Assembly (NCBI GenBank): GCA_964518305.1
Contig: CAZFDK010000006.1
Coordinates: 22,618-86,617, forward strand
From: an uncultured Gemmatimonadota bacterium
GTDB lineage: Bacteria; Gemmatimonadota; Gemmatimonadetes; Palauibacterales; Palauibacteraceae
DNA length: 64,000 bases
Direction: 5' to 3'
Shown: piece by piece, positions 54,528 to 63,687 of the stretch
How positions within the stretch are numbered: the stretch's first letter is position 1
Layout of the letters: every line of letters starts with the position of its first letter
Notes under the pieces: model-generated
The model's database searches: none
What the model saw: only the letters and a program-made list of their open reading frames with translations
What the model was told of the DNA's origin: nothing
Program-made: the position numbers and the translations under genes

Positions 54528-56605
54528 CGGCGAGGCACGGTCCGCAGCCGGCGCACGTGTCCGGAGGGTGTCACGCCGAACAGCGGAACCCGCAGGCGGT
54601 CGTCGCCGAGTTCGATCGCTGTCCCGCTCGCGCCGAGGACGAGTGAGCTCGTGGTGGAGAGCTGGAAAGAATCGGCCGCGCCCGTGTCCACGGCGTAGTA
54701 CTGGTCCGCGAGGGAGGCGATGCTCACGACGCTGAGCGGGTTGTCCACGGACGGGTTGATGAACCCGGTCATCAGCTCCGTGCCGAAGACGGACTCCCGC
54801 CAGTGCGCGTTGCGGGTGCCATCTCCGCCCTGGTTCGCCACCGGCACCGGCTCCCCGTCATACCCGCTGCCGCCGATGGCGAGAAAGCGATCGATGGCGA
54901 AGGGCCCCGTGAAGAAGGGATCGTCGGTGTCGCTTCCCTCACGGAGCTGATAGGGGCCGGTGTTGTCGCCGCCCTGGACGTTCCACAGCCCGCCGAAGCC
55001 CAGCACGTGGGCGATCTCGTGGATGACGATCTCCTCCAGCGCCCCCCCGCTTCCGCCCACGTCGGCGGTGTCGACGACCATGCCGCCGGCCAGGGGGAGG
55101 GGCGGCCGCCCGGGATCCGTGTCGCTGGTGCGGATGAAGCACGGCCCGGCCCGGGCGAGGGCCCCGCCCTCTCCGTCGATGGAGTCGCTCCGGACCATCA
55201 GCAGGAGGTCGTCGATGTTCGCTCCGCGCTTTCCCGCGTCGGTCGTCGCCCGGAAGCACTGGTCCAGGTCGATGGAGTCGGCGAAGGCGACGTCCTCGAG
55301 GTCGCCCGTGATCACACGCGTCCACCGGTCGCGGGCCGAGCGCGCCACGGTCCGGAGCGAGTCGGAGACGGTGCCCACGAACTGGAGCTCGATGTCGTAG
55401 CCCGGGGGATGGCTCTCCAGGCGCGCCGTCGCCGTGTTGTCACCCTCGTTCGTCTCGGAGATCCTGTCGCCCGGGTCCACGACCAGCGTCAGCCGGTGTG
55501 TCCCGGCGGCGAATGGTCCGAGGTCGGACTGCGGTGGCAGGGAGTCAGAGGCGCCTGCCGGCAGGGCGGAGAGGGTGCCCGAGCGGAGCGTCGTCCCGCC
55601 GGCGTCCCGGATGCTCCACTCCACGGAGGACAGATCGGTCGGTCCGGTGTTGGTGATCACCCCGCCCAGCTGCACCGTCGAGTCGCGGAGCACGCCGCGG
55701 GGCGTCAGGAAGACGGACCCCACACTGAGGTTCGACCCCGCCGCGACGCGGACGGCGCCGCTGGTGCCGTCGGGGGCCTCGGCCACGACCTCGGCGGTCC
55801 CGCTGCCCACCACGGCGGCCCGGGCCGTGCTGTCCGTCGACTGGACGACGGTGACCACGGCGGCGTCCGTGGAGCTCCACGACAGCCCCGTGCCGGGGAC
55901 CGCGTTGCCCGCGGCGTCCACGACCTCGCCCGTGACGTCGAGCGTGTCACCGCGGGCGGCCCGGACGCTGTCCGGGCTGACGAGCACCCTCGCCACTCTC
56001 TGCTCCACGACCAGCTTCGACGTGTCGGCCATTCCGGCCGCCCGGCCGACGACTCCCGTCACGCCCTCGCTCTGCGACCGGGCCGTACCGGAGGTGTCGA
56101 TGGTGGCGACGGAAGGGCGGACGGTCGTCCAGGTCGCCGAGATGTCCGCGACCGCGTTGCCGTTCGGGTCCAGGGCCTCGGTCCGGAACTCCCGCGTGGT
56201 CCCCAGGGCATCGACCAGGGCCGAGTCCGGCTTCACCTGCACCGCGACGACTTCCTGGTCGACGGTGAGCCCGGCCGAAGCGGTGACGGGCGCGCCTCCC
56301 ACCCGCGCCTCGAGCTGCGTCGTTCCGGAGCCGACGGCCGTGACCGTACCGGTGCTGTCGACGGTCGCCACGCCCTCGTCGGCGGTGCTCCACACCAGTT
56401 CGACCTCCTGCACCCGCTCACCGGACGAGGAGAGCGGGCGAGCGGTGAACTGCTGCGTCCCGCCGATGGCGGAAAGGGTGGCCGATCCCGGTGCGAGCTC
56501 CAGCCGGTCCACGGCGCTGGGGCCCGTCAGGTCGCCGCTGCAGGCCGCGATCGCCGCGGTCGCGAATGCGGCCGCCGCGAGACGCGCCGCTGATGGACAC
56601 TTCAT
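54524..56605 (-). CDS. Lipoprotein: 3x Big_2-like Ig repeats plus a CARDB-like domain plus a leishmanolysin-like (M8) zinc metallopeptidase domain
   Basis: It has a lipobox AAIAAC and three repeats of the pattern 'V..V.V.P....l.a.G.t..f.a...d..Gn.v......W.s.d..vAtvd..G.v.a...G'. A CARDB-like segment ends in NEGDNTA. The catalytic motif is HEIAHVLGFGGLW (HExxHxxGF) with a downstream NAHW. Confidence 0.75.
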   Translation of the reverse strand: MKCPSAARLAAAAFATAAIAACSGDLTGPSAVDRLELAPGSATLSAIGGTQQFTARPLSSSGERVQEVELVWSTADEGVATVDSTGTVTAVGSGTTQLEARVGGAPVTASAGLTVDQEVVAVQVKPDSALVDALGTTREFRTEALDPNGNAVADISATWTTVRPSVATIDTSGTARSQSEGVTGVVGRAAGMADTSKLVVEQRVARVLVSPDSVRAARGDTLDVTGEVVDAAGNAVPGTGLSWSSTDAAVVTVVQSTDSTARAAVVGSGTAEVVAEAPDGTSGAVRVAAGSNLSVGSVFLTPRGVLRDSTVQLGGVITNTGPTDLSSVEWSIRDAGGTTLRSGTLSALPAGASDSLPPQSDLGPFAAGTHRLTLVVDPGDRISETNEGDNTATARLESHPPGYDIELQFVGTVSDSLRTVARSARDRWTRVITGDLEDVAFADSIDLDQCFRATTDAGKRGANIDDLLLMVRSDSIDGEGGALARAGPCFIRTSDTDPGRPPLPLAGGMVVDTADVGGSGGALEEIVIHEIAHVLGFGGLWNVQGGDNTGPYQLREGSDTDDPFFTGPFAIDRFLAIGGSGYDGEPVPVANQGGDGTRNAHWRESVFGTELMTGFINPSVDNPLSVVSIASLADQYYAVDTGAADSFQLSTTSSLVLGASGTAIELGDDRLRVPLFGVTPSGHVRRLRTVPRR

Positions 56606-56964
56606 GGGCGTCGGCAGTCTCCCGTGCGGAAGGGGGCACTCGGCTTCCGGCTCGTTGCCCATCGCCGCCGGGAGCGGCTGCTGCCGCGCCGGAACGAGGG
56701 CCGAACGAGGGCCGAAGCCGTCGCATCAGAGTAGAACACGCGCTTCCCCCCCCGAGTTCCGGCGCTCCTGGCGTTCCCCGGCGCGGACCACCTGATGCAG
56801 GAGGCGATGCGAGGCGTTCACGGAGGCACCGGCGGGCCGTATCTTTTCGCCTTTCGGAGCCGCGCGGACGGCGGGGGGCGTCCGCGCCCGGTGCCGCTCC
56901 AGTGACTTCGGTCACGACAGCCCCGACATCGACTCCATCCACGCCATCGCGTTCGGAGGACCGC

Positions 56965-57762
56965 ATGCCCGAGCTCCCGCACGTCGAGATCTTTCGCCAG
57001 CACCTGGAGGCCACGTCCCTGAAGAAGGCCATCGAGGACGTGGAGGTGCGCGACGAAGACCTGGTCAAGGACATCTCTCCCGCGGACTTCACCGACCGGC
57101 TGACGGGGGATCATTTCGTCGGCAGCCGCCGCCACGGGAAGTACCTCTTCGCCGAGACCGGCGAGGGGACGTCGGTGCTCTTCCACTTCGGCATGAGCGG
57201 CTTTCTGAGCTGGTTCGAGGATCCGGATCGGGAGACCGACTACCCGAAGGTGCTCTGGCACTTCGAGGACGACGGGGTGCTGATCTTCGACTGCGTCCGG
57301 AAGCTGGGGGAAGTCCGCCTGGTGGAGGACGCCGACGACTGGATCGACGAGAAGGGCCTCGGCCCGGACGCCCTCAGCGAGGGCTTCGACCGCACGTCCT
57401 TCCGGGAGGCCCTCTCCGGCCGGCGCGGCTACCTGAAGACGGCGCTCATGAACCAGGAGATCATGGCCGGGATCGGGAACGAGTTCTCGGACGAGATCCT
57501 TTTCCAGCGCAAGCTCCCCCCGAAGACGAAGGTGAAGGCGCTGTCGGAGAAGGAGCTAGAGGCGGTGCACGACACGCTCACGCACGTCATGGAGACCGGG
57601 ATCAGCGCGCGAATGGAGGAGGACAATCTCCCGAGCCGCTTCCTCCTACCGCGGCGCGACGAGGGGGAGGAGTGCCCGCGCTGCGGCGGCGAAATCCAGC
57701 GGATCGAGGTCTCGGGTCGCGGGAGCTACTTCTGCCCGGAGTGCCAGGAAGAGGAGCCGTGA
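56965..57762 (+). CDS. mutM: Fpg/Nei family DNA glycosylase (formamidopyrimidine-DNA glycosylase-like)
   Basis: The N-terminus is MPELPHVE, with Pro2 and Glu3 catalytic. There is an H2TH region (MNQEIMAGIGNEFSDEILF) and a C-terminal zinc finger (CPRCGGEIQRIEVSGRGSYFCPECQ). Confidence 0.9.
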   Translation: MPELPHVEIFRQHLEATSLKKAIEDVEVRDEDLVKDISPADFTDRLTGDHFVGSRRHGKYLFAETGEGTSVLFHFGMSGFLSWFEDPDRETDYPKVLWHFEDDGVLIFDCVRKLGEVRLVEDADDWIDEKGLGPDALSEGFDRTSFREALSGRRGYLKTALMNQEIMAGIGNEFSDEILFQRKLPPKTKVKALSEKELEAVHDTLTHVMETGISARMEEDNLPSRFLLPRRDEGEECPRCGGEIQRIEVSGRGSYFCPECQEEEP

Positions 57763-57941
57763 GGAGCTGACGGGGAGTCGAGCAGGGAGCCGATCGGCGT
57801 CCGCCCGGAGGCCCCCGGGGACGACTCCAGCGGCGGACGGAGAGCCCGAGCCCAAAGAGCAGGTCGGTCGCCGCCGGGACGGGCCCCGCCGCCACCTCGA
57901 TTTGACATCCCGCCCGGACGAGCGGACGTTGTTCTCTGGTT

Positions 57942-57960
57942 GAGAATGAGTTTCAATTTC
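57942..57960 (+). promoter_or_regulatory. Candidate Fur box upstream of the TonB-dependent receptor
   Basis: GAGAATGAGTTTCAATTTC matches the 19-bp Fur consensus GATAATGATAATCATTATC at 13/19 positions. It sits in an AT-rich island 52 nt upstream of the receptor ATG, and a TTGACA hexamer lies at 57902-57907. Confidence 0.4.
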
Positions 57961-58011
57961 ACTCAGCCCGTGCGCTGGCCGGCGGGCGGAGAACCAGACG
58001 AACGACGACAC

Positions 58012-60381
58012 ATGAAACGCCTCCAGATCCTCTGGTCCGACGGACGTGTTCGAACTGTGCTCGCCGTGGCCGCGGCCGCGCTGCTCGCGTCTCCCCCGGC
58101 CCTCGCGGCGCAGGAGGTCGGGGAGCGGGACGGGGGACAACTCGTGGGGCGGGTGACCTCCGAGTCGGGCGAGCCGGTGAGCGGAGCCACGGTGCTCGCC
58201 GCGGGACCCGGCGTTCCCGGGCTCCGGCGGGCGCAGACCGGCACGCGGGGCGAGTACCGACTCGGGTCCCTCCCGGCCGGGAGCTACACAGTGACGGTGC
58301 GGGCCTACGGCTACGCCGAGTGGAGCCGCTCCGTGGACGTCGCGGCGGGACGGAGCCGCCACCTGGAGGTGAGCCTGCGTCCGGCGCCGGTCCAGCTTCG
58401 CGACGTCGAAGTGACCACGGCGACCCGGACGCTCTCCCCGGTGGGCCGGGTGCCCGCGGCGGTGACCGTGGTCGATCGGGAGGGGATCGAGGATCAGGCG
58501 GCCTTCACCTCGGACATCGGACAGATTCTGGATCAGACGGTGCCCGGGCTGGCGCCGGGCAACCAGAGCTCGAGCAACTTCGGGCAGACCCTCCGGGGCC
58601 GGGACCTGCACGTCATGGTAGACGGCATCCCGGTGAGCACTCCGCTTCGGGACGGGCAGCGGGCGCTCCACTCGGTCGATCCCTCCGCGATCGAGCGGGT
58701 GGAGATCGTCCGCGGCGCCACGGCGGCCTACGGCCACGGCGGCACCGGCGGGGTCATGAACATCATCACACGCCAGCCCGGCGACCGGCGCCGAAACGTG
58801 GAGACGGAGGTACAGATCACCACGCCGGGGACCGAGTTCGGGGAGGACCTGGGCTCCCGCCTCACCCAGAACGTCTCGGGACGGGTCGGCGACGTGGGCT
58901 ACACGGTCGGTGCCACGGTGGAGCAGACCGCGAACCGGTACGACGCCGAGGGCGACCGGATCCCGCCGAACCCCCGCGGCCAGGGGGGACGGGCCGACGC
59001 CACGGGCGTCAACCTCCACGGCAAGGTCGGGGTGCCGCTGGGGGACGATCACGAGATCACTCTCTCGGCCACCCGGTACGAGTTTCAACAGGACGACGAC
59101 CTCGGCCGGCTCGTCCCGGGCACGGTGGGCGAGCAGAAGACCACGGTGGATCCGGGGGAGGAGTCCCGGAGCGAGGACGTCGGCAACGAGCACACCGCCG
59201 CTCACGCCCGCTACCGGGCGTCGGACCTCTTCCTGGGCAGCGACGTGGAAGTCACCGCGTTTCTGGACCGGTTCACCGCCAGGTTCCCCTACAGCGGCTT
59301 CTTCGGGGCCCAGTCGCGGATCGAGTCGGACAAGGAGGGCGCCCGGGCCCACGTGAGCACGCCGGTGGGGATCCTCCCGGGAGCCGCACTCACGTGGGGC
59401 GCCGACTATCTCCGGGACGAGACGGCGCAGCCCCTCTCAGACGGCCGGGTCTTCGCCCCGCCGATCGAGCAGCAGAGCATCGGTCCGTTCGCCCGCCTCA
59501 AGCTGCCGGTCGAGAGCCGGCTCACCCTGCGCGGCGGCGTTCGACACGAGGAGATCTGGCTCGACGTGGACGACTTCACGACCATCGAGGAGGTCGGGGG
59601 GAACCCGGTGGAGGGAGGCGACCTCTCCTACAGCGCGACGGTGGCCGACGTGGGGGCGGTATTCGCTCTCACCTCCCGGGTCGACCTGTTCGCCAGTTTC
59701 TCGCAGGGCTTCTCGGTGACGGAGGTGGGGCGGCAGCTCAGGGGCACGACCGCCGAGTCCGTGGAGGCGCTGCAGCCCGATCCCAAGGAGAGCGACCACT
59801 ACGAGGCCGGTCTCCGCGGCCGCTGGTCCGGGCTTCACGTCACGGCCAGCGTCTACGAGAACACTTCCGAGCTCGGAACCACGTTCGACGAGGACCTGCG
59901 GATCGTGCGGTCGCCCGAGGAGATCCGGGGGGTCGAGCTCTCGCTGGACGGACGGCCCTCCGAAAGCTGGAAGCTGGGTGGAACGTTCACCTGGACGGCG
60001 GGCCTGCACGACGCGGACGACGACGGCGACGTGGACGACCCGCTTCCGGGATCCCGGATCCCGCCGGTGAAGGGAACCGCATACCTGGAGAACGTGACGT
60101 TGCCCGGGTGGCGGAACCGCATCCAGGTGCAGAGTCTCGGCGACCGCGAGGTCTTCCCGGAGGACGCCTCGGCCTTCGGCCGCGGCAACGTGGACGGCTA
60201 CACCACCGTCGACGTCTCCAGCGCGCTGGACCTGTGGCGCGGCACGGTCCGGTTGGGGGTGCAGAACGTGCTGAACGAGTTCTACTTCCCGCCCGCCTCG
60301 CAGTGGTTCAACGTCGGCTCCGGGTATACCGCGGGCACCGGCCGCTCGGTGAGCCTGACCTACTCGATCGGCTGGCGCTGA
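58012..60381 (+). CDS. TonB-dependent receptor with an N-terminal CarboxypepD_reg domain
   Basis: It has a signal peptide (...ASPPALAAQE) and the sequence GRVTSESGEPVSGATVLA...YRLGSLPAGSYTVTVRAYGY. The plug reads DGIPVSTPLRDG...IERVEIVRGATAAYGHGGTGGVMNIITR. The barrel ends in a C-terminal aromatic residue (YSIGWR). Confidence 0.9.
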   Translation: MKRLQILWSDGRVRTVLAVAAAALLASPPALAAQEVGERDGGQLVGRVTSESGEPVSGATVLAAGPGVPGLRRAQTGTRGEYRLGSLPAGSYTVTVRAYGYAEWSRSVDVAAGRSRHLEVSLRPAPVQLRDVEVTTATRTLSPVGRVPAAVTVVDREGIEDQAAFTSDIGQILDQTVPGLAPGNQSSSNFGQTLRGRDLHVMVDGIPVSTPLRDGQRALHSVDPSAIERVEIVRGATAAYGHGGTGGVMNIITRQPGDRRRNVETEVQITTPGTEFGEDLGSRLTQNVSGRVGDVGYTVGATVEQTANRYDAEGDRIPPNPRGQGGRADATGVNLHGKVGVPLGDDHEITLSATRYEFQQDDDLGRLVPGTVGEQKTTVDPGEESRSEDVGNEHTAAHARYRASDLFLGSDVEVTAFLDRFTARFPYSGFFGAQSRIESDKEGARAHVSTPVGILPGAALTWGADYLRDETAQPLSDGRVFAPPIEQQSIGPFARLKLPVESRLTLRGGVRHEEIWLDVDDFTTIEEVGGNPVEGGDLSYSATVADVGAVFALTSRVDLFASFSQGFSVTEVGRQLRGTTAESVEALQPDPKESDHYEAGLRGRWSGLHVTASVYENTSELGTTFDEDLRIVRSPEEIRGVELSLDGRPSESWKLGGTFTWTAGLHDADDDGDVDDPLPGSRIPPVKGTAYLENVTLPGWRNRIQVQSLGDREVFPEDASAFGRGNVDGYTTVDVSSALDLWRGTVRLGVQNVLNEFYFPPASQWFNVGSGYTAGTGRSVSLTYSIGWR

Positions 60382-60472
60382 GGCGAGGGACGGAGCCCCG
60401 GGCCGTCCCGACCCGGTGGCGTCGCGTCGGACTGGCGAACGGGACGCCCGCCGCCTCGCGATCGGATTCTCG

Positions 60473-61675
60473 ATGTTGAGACGCTGGAGCCTCGTCCTGC
60501 ACCGGTGGCTGGGCCTGATCGCGGGGCTCCCTATCGCCGTGATCGCCCTCACAGGCAGCCTCCTGGTCTATCGGGGCGCCCTGGACCGGGCCCTCCACCC
60601 GCCCCTGTACGACGTGTCGGTCGCGGCGCAGCAGGCCCTAATCACCCCCGGCGAGGCCCTGGCCGCCACCCGGTGGGAGAACCCGGACCCGGAACCGGTC
60701 ACCGTCCAGCTCCCCTCGGGTCGGGACGATCCGTACGTCGTCTGGCACGAGGCGGCGCACGGGGCCGAGAAGACCTACGTCGACCCGAACACCGGACGGG
60801 TGCTGGGAGTCCGGCCGGCGGGCAGCGATCCGGTCCGGACCCTCTTCGACCTGCACGTGAAGCTCCTGGCCGGCGAGCGCGGGGCGATCGCCGTGGGGGT
60901 GCTGGGACTCCTGCTCCTGTTCGCCTCGGCCACCGGCGTGGTCGTCTGGTGGCCGGGGACCGGGAAGTGGCTCCAGGCCGTGACGGTGCGCCTACGCGGA
61001 AACTCCCGGCGGGTGAACTACGACCTGCACCGGGCCGGCGGATTCTGGACCACGGCGTACCTGGGCCTGCTGGCCCTGACCGGTTCGGGTCTGATCTTCT
61101 ACGGGGCCGCGGGCGACGTCCTCAACGAGGTCACCGGCTCCACGTCGCCCCCGCCGCCCCCGGCGTCGGCCGAGCCTCCGGACGGCTCAGCGCGGGAGGC
61201 GCGCCCGGCCCCGATGCCGGCGGCGCGGATCGACAGCGCCTGGCGGGCTCTCCGGCTCCGGGCCCCGGAGGGTGAGGTTACGTTCATCTCCCTGCCGTCC
61301 GCCGCCCGGGAGCCGCTGAGCCTCCGGTTTCGCCTTCCCTCGGAGCTCCATCCCGTCGGCCGCAGCTTCGCGTACGCCGACCGCTGGTCCGGAGACCTGA
61401 TGCGTGTCGACCGGCAGCCGGAGATGGACACAGGACCACGCCTCCTCCACGCCCTCTACCCCCTCCACATCGGCGATTTCGAGGTGGGACCGATCTCGCC
61501 GGAGGTCGTGCGGCTCCTGTGGGCGCTGCTCGGCGTCGCCCCGGCGGTGCTGGTGGTGACGGGCTTCCTGGTCTGGTACCGCCGCGGTGGTGACGCTACG
61601 TCCGTCCGCGCTCGGAACGGGGCGGGTGACGCCGCCCCGATCTCCACCGAAGTTGAAGGGGAGAGCAGGAGATGA
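60473..61675 (+). CDS. PepSY-domain / PepSY-associated TM helix membrane protein (PiuB-like)
   Basis: LHRWLGLIAGLPIAVIALTGSLLVYR and DLHRAGGFW, with LHALYPLHIG motifs, are typical of iron-regulated PepSY_TM proteins. The ATG at 60473 was chosen. Confidence 0.85.
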   Translation: MLRRWSLVLHRWLGLIAGLPIAVIALTGSLLVYRGALDRALHPPLYDVSVAAQQALITPGEALAATRWENPDPEPVTVQLPSGRDDPYVVWHEAAHGAEKTYVDPNTGRVLGVRPAGSDPVRTLFDLHVKLLAGERGAIAVGVLGLLLLFASATGVVVWWPGTGKWLQAVTVRLRGNSRRVNYDLHRAGGFWTTAYLGLLALTGSGLIFYGAAGDVLNEVTGSTSPPPPPASAEPPDGSAREARPAPMPAARIDSAWRALRLRAPEGEVTFISLPSAAREPLSLRFRLPSELHPVGRSFAYADRWSGDLMRVDRQPEMDTGPRLLHALYPLHIGDFEVGPISPEVVRLLWALLGVAPAVLVVTGFLVWYRRGGDATSVRARNGAGDAAPISTEVEGESRR

Positions 61676-61715
61676 ACGAGGGCCGGCTCCCGAGCCGGCG
61701 AGCCAGGGAGCAGCC

Positions 61716-62231
61716 GTGGCAGATGACGTCGACGAGAGGCCGACGAAGGAGGCCGTCGCCTTCGCCGTCCACCGGGGAGGCGACCGCGAGACCGTTCTCG
61801 CCGTCCGCCGTCCCGAGGACGACGAGGACCTGCCGGGACACTGGGGGCTGCCCGCCGCCAGCCTCCGGGAGGGCGAGAGCTGGGAGGACGCCGTGCTCCG
61901 GACCGGGCCCGAGAAGCTGGGCGTGGACCTGGCCGTGGGCCCGCAGATGAACGAGGGGCGCGCGGAGCGGGACGAGCACGTCCTCCACATGCGCCTGTAC
62001 GACGCGCGTATCTTGAAGGGGAAGCCGGAGGTGCCCCGGGCGGGAGCGGCGGGCGCCGGAGTGACTCAGTACACCGACTGGGAGTGGGTCCCTCCGCAGC
62101 GCCTGGAAAAGGCCGCCGACGCCGGATCCCTCTGCTCGGCTCTCTACCTGGAGTGGCGGACGGCCTGGGAGGGCAGAGACCCCGCCCACCGGACAGGGCC
62201 GACGGCCGGGAGCCGCGGAGACAGCCGATGA
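61716..62231 (+). CDS. NUDIX-fold protein with a degenerate Nudix box
   Basis: EAVAFAVHRGGDRETVLAVRRPEDDEDLPGHWGLPAASLREGESWEDAVLRTGPEKLGV has the Nudix fold pattern. The box reads REx..RT..EKxG rather than the canonical REx2EE. The GTG start at 61716 was chosen to avoid a long overlap with the upstream gene, and is uncertain. Confidence 0.6.
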   Translation: MADDVDERPTKEAVAFAVHRGGDRETVLAVRRPEDDEDLPGHWGLPAASLREGESWEDAVLRTGPEKLGVDLAVGPQMNEGRAERDEHVLHMRLYDARILKGKPEVPRAGAAGAGVTQYTDWEWVPPQRLEKAADAGSLCSALYLEWRTAWEGRDPAHRTGPTAGSRGDSR

Positions 62232-62332
62232 GCCGTCACGGATTCCAGGGTGGGCCCGAGCCGGGCACGCCCATCCTCATGGCCCTGGTCCTCTTCGCCC
62301 TGATCTTTTCCCTGATCTTCGCGGTGAGCTGA
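62228..62332 (+). CDS. Candidate 34-aa single-TM micro-protein
   Basis: The sequence is MSRHGFQGGPEPGTPILMALVLFALIFSLIFAVS. Its ATG overlaps the NUDIX stop (ATGA) and its stop lies 2 nt before the next ATG. It is too short to validate from composition alone. Confidence 0.35.
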   Translation: MSRHGFQGGPEPGTPILMALVLFALIFSLIFAVS

Positions 62333-62334
62333 TC

Positions 62335-63651
62335 ATGACCCGTCCCGAGATCGAGAGCGAAGCGTTGCAGAGATGGACCGTGGAGGCCCGTCAGCGGAGC
62401 CTGGAGCTGGTGGCGGACCTGGACGACGACCAGCTGATGGGCCCGCACCTGGACGTGATCAACCCGCTGTTGTGGGAGATCGGGCACGCCGCATGGTTCC
62501 AGGAGCTGTGGGTCCTGCGGGACCACCTGGGACGCGACCCCATCCGGGACGACGCCGACGACCTGTGGGACTCCATCGAGATCCCCCACGACGACCGCTG
62601 GGACCTGCCCCTGCCGGACCGGGACGAGACGGTGGACTACATGCGGCGCGTCCGGGACCGCGTCGTCGAGGCGCTCCGGGAGCGGGGGGAGGGCGACGGG
62701 CGGCTGCGCTACCGGGCCCGGTACGCGCTCCACCACGAGGACATGCACACGGAGGCCTACAGCTACACGCGCCAGACGCTGTCCTATCCCCCGCCGGCCC
62801 TCTCCTTCGTGCCGGAGCCGGATGGAGCGGCGCCGGGCGGCGGCCCGCTGGACGGCGACGTGGAGGTGCCCCGCGGAACCTTCCGGCTCGGGGCCGGCCG
62901 CGAGGACGGCTTCGTCTTCGACAACGAGAAGTGGGCGCACGAGGTGGAGCTGCAGTCCTTCCGCATCTCGCGGGCGCCGGTCACCGAGGGCGAGTTCGCC
63001 GCCTTCGTGGACGCCGGGGGCTACGAACGCCGGGATCTGTGGAGCGACGAGGGCTGGGCCTGGCGCCGGGAGGCCGGTGCCGACGCCCCGGCCTACTGGA
63101 GCCGCGAGGGCGGTGAGTGGCGGGTCCGGCGCTTCGACCGCCGCCGGTCGCTCCGTCCCCACGTGCCCATGATCCACGTGAACTGGTTCGAGGCCCGTGC
63201 GTGGTGCCGGTGGGCCGGCCGACGGCTCCCCACCGAGGCCGAGTGGGAGGCCGCCGCGGCGGCCCGACCCGACGGCAGCGGCGGGCTCGCACGGGAGAAG
63301 CGTAGCTACCCCTGGGGCGAGGAGCGGCCGGACCCGGACCGGGTCAACATGGACTGGCGGCGCATGGGCCCCGTGGAGGTCGGGGCGCTGCCGGCGAGTG
63401 ACAGTGCCTTCGGCTGCCGGCAGATGCTGGGCAACACCTGGGAGTGGACCGCCGACACCTTCGGCCCCTACCCGGGCTTCGAGCCGGACATGTACGAGGA
63501 GTACTCGGAGCCCTGGTTCGGGACGCGGAAGGTGCTCCGGGGCGGTGCCTGGCCGAGCCGGTCCAGGATGCTTCGGAACACCTTCCGGACCTACTACACC
63601 CCGGACCGGCGCGACGTGTGGTCCGGGTTCCGGACGTGCGCGAGGAGCTGA
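62335..63651 (+). CDS. DinB_2 plus FGE-sulfatase-fold non-heme iron sulfoxide/selenoxide synthase (EgtB/SenA-like)
   Basis: The N-terminal DinB-like four-helix region has His ligands (EIGHAAWFQE, HHEDMHTE). The C-terminal FGE-sulfatase-type motifs are VNWFEARAWCRWAGRRLPTEAEWE, GNTWEWT, RGGAW and GFR. Confidence 0.85.
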   Translation: MTRPEIESEALQRWTVEARQRSLELVADLDDDQLMGPHLDVINPLLWEIGHAAWFQELWVLRDHLGRDPIRDDADDLWDSIEIPHDDRWDLPLPDRDETVDYMRRVRDRVVEALRERGEGDGRLRYRARYALHHEDMHTEAYSYTRQTLSYPPPALSFVPEPDGAAPGGGPLDGDVEVPRGTFRLGAGREDGFVFDNEKWAHEVELQSFRISRAPVTEGEFAAFVDAGGYERRDLWSDEGWAWRREAGADAPAYWSREGGEWRVRRFDRRRSLRPHVPMIHVNWFEARAWCRWAGRRLPTEAEWEAAAAARPDGSGGLAREKRSYPWGEERPDPDRVNMDWRRMGPVEVGALPASDSAFGCRQMLGNTWEWTADTFGPYPGFEPDMYEEYSEPWFGTRKVLRGGAWPSRSRMLRNTFRTYYTPDRRDVWSGFRTCARS

Positions 63652-63687
63652 CGGAGTGGGACGGATGAGAGGGAGAGGCGGTACGAG

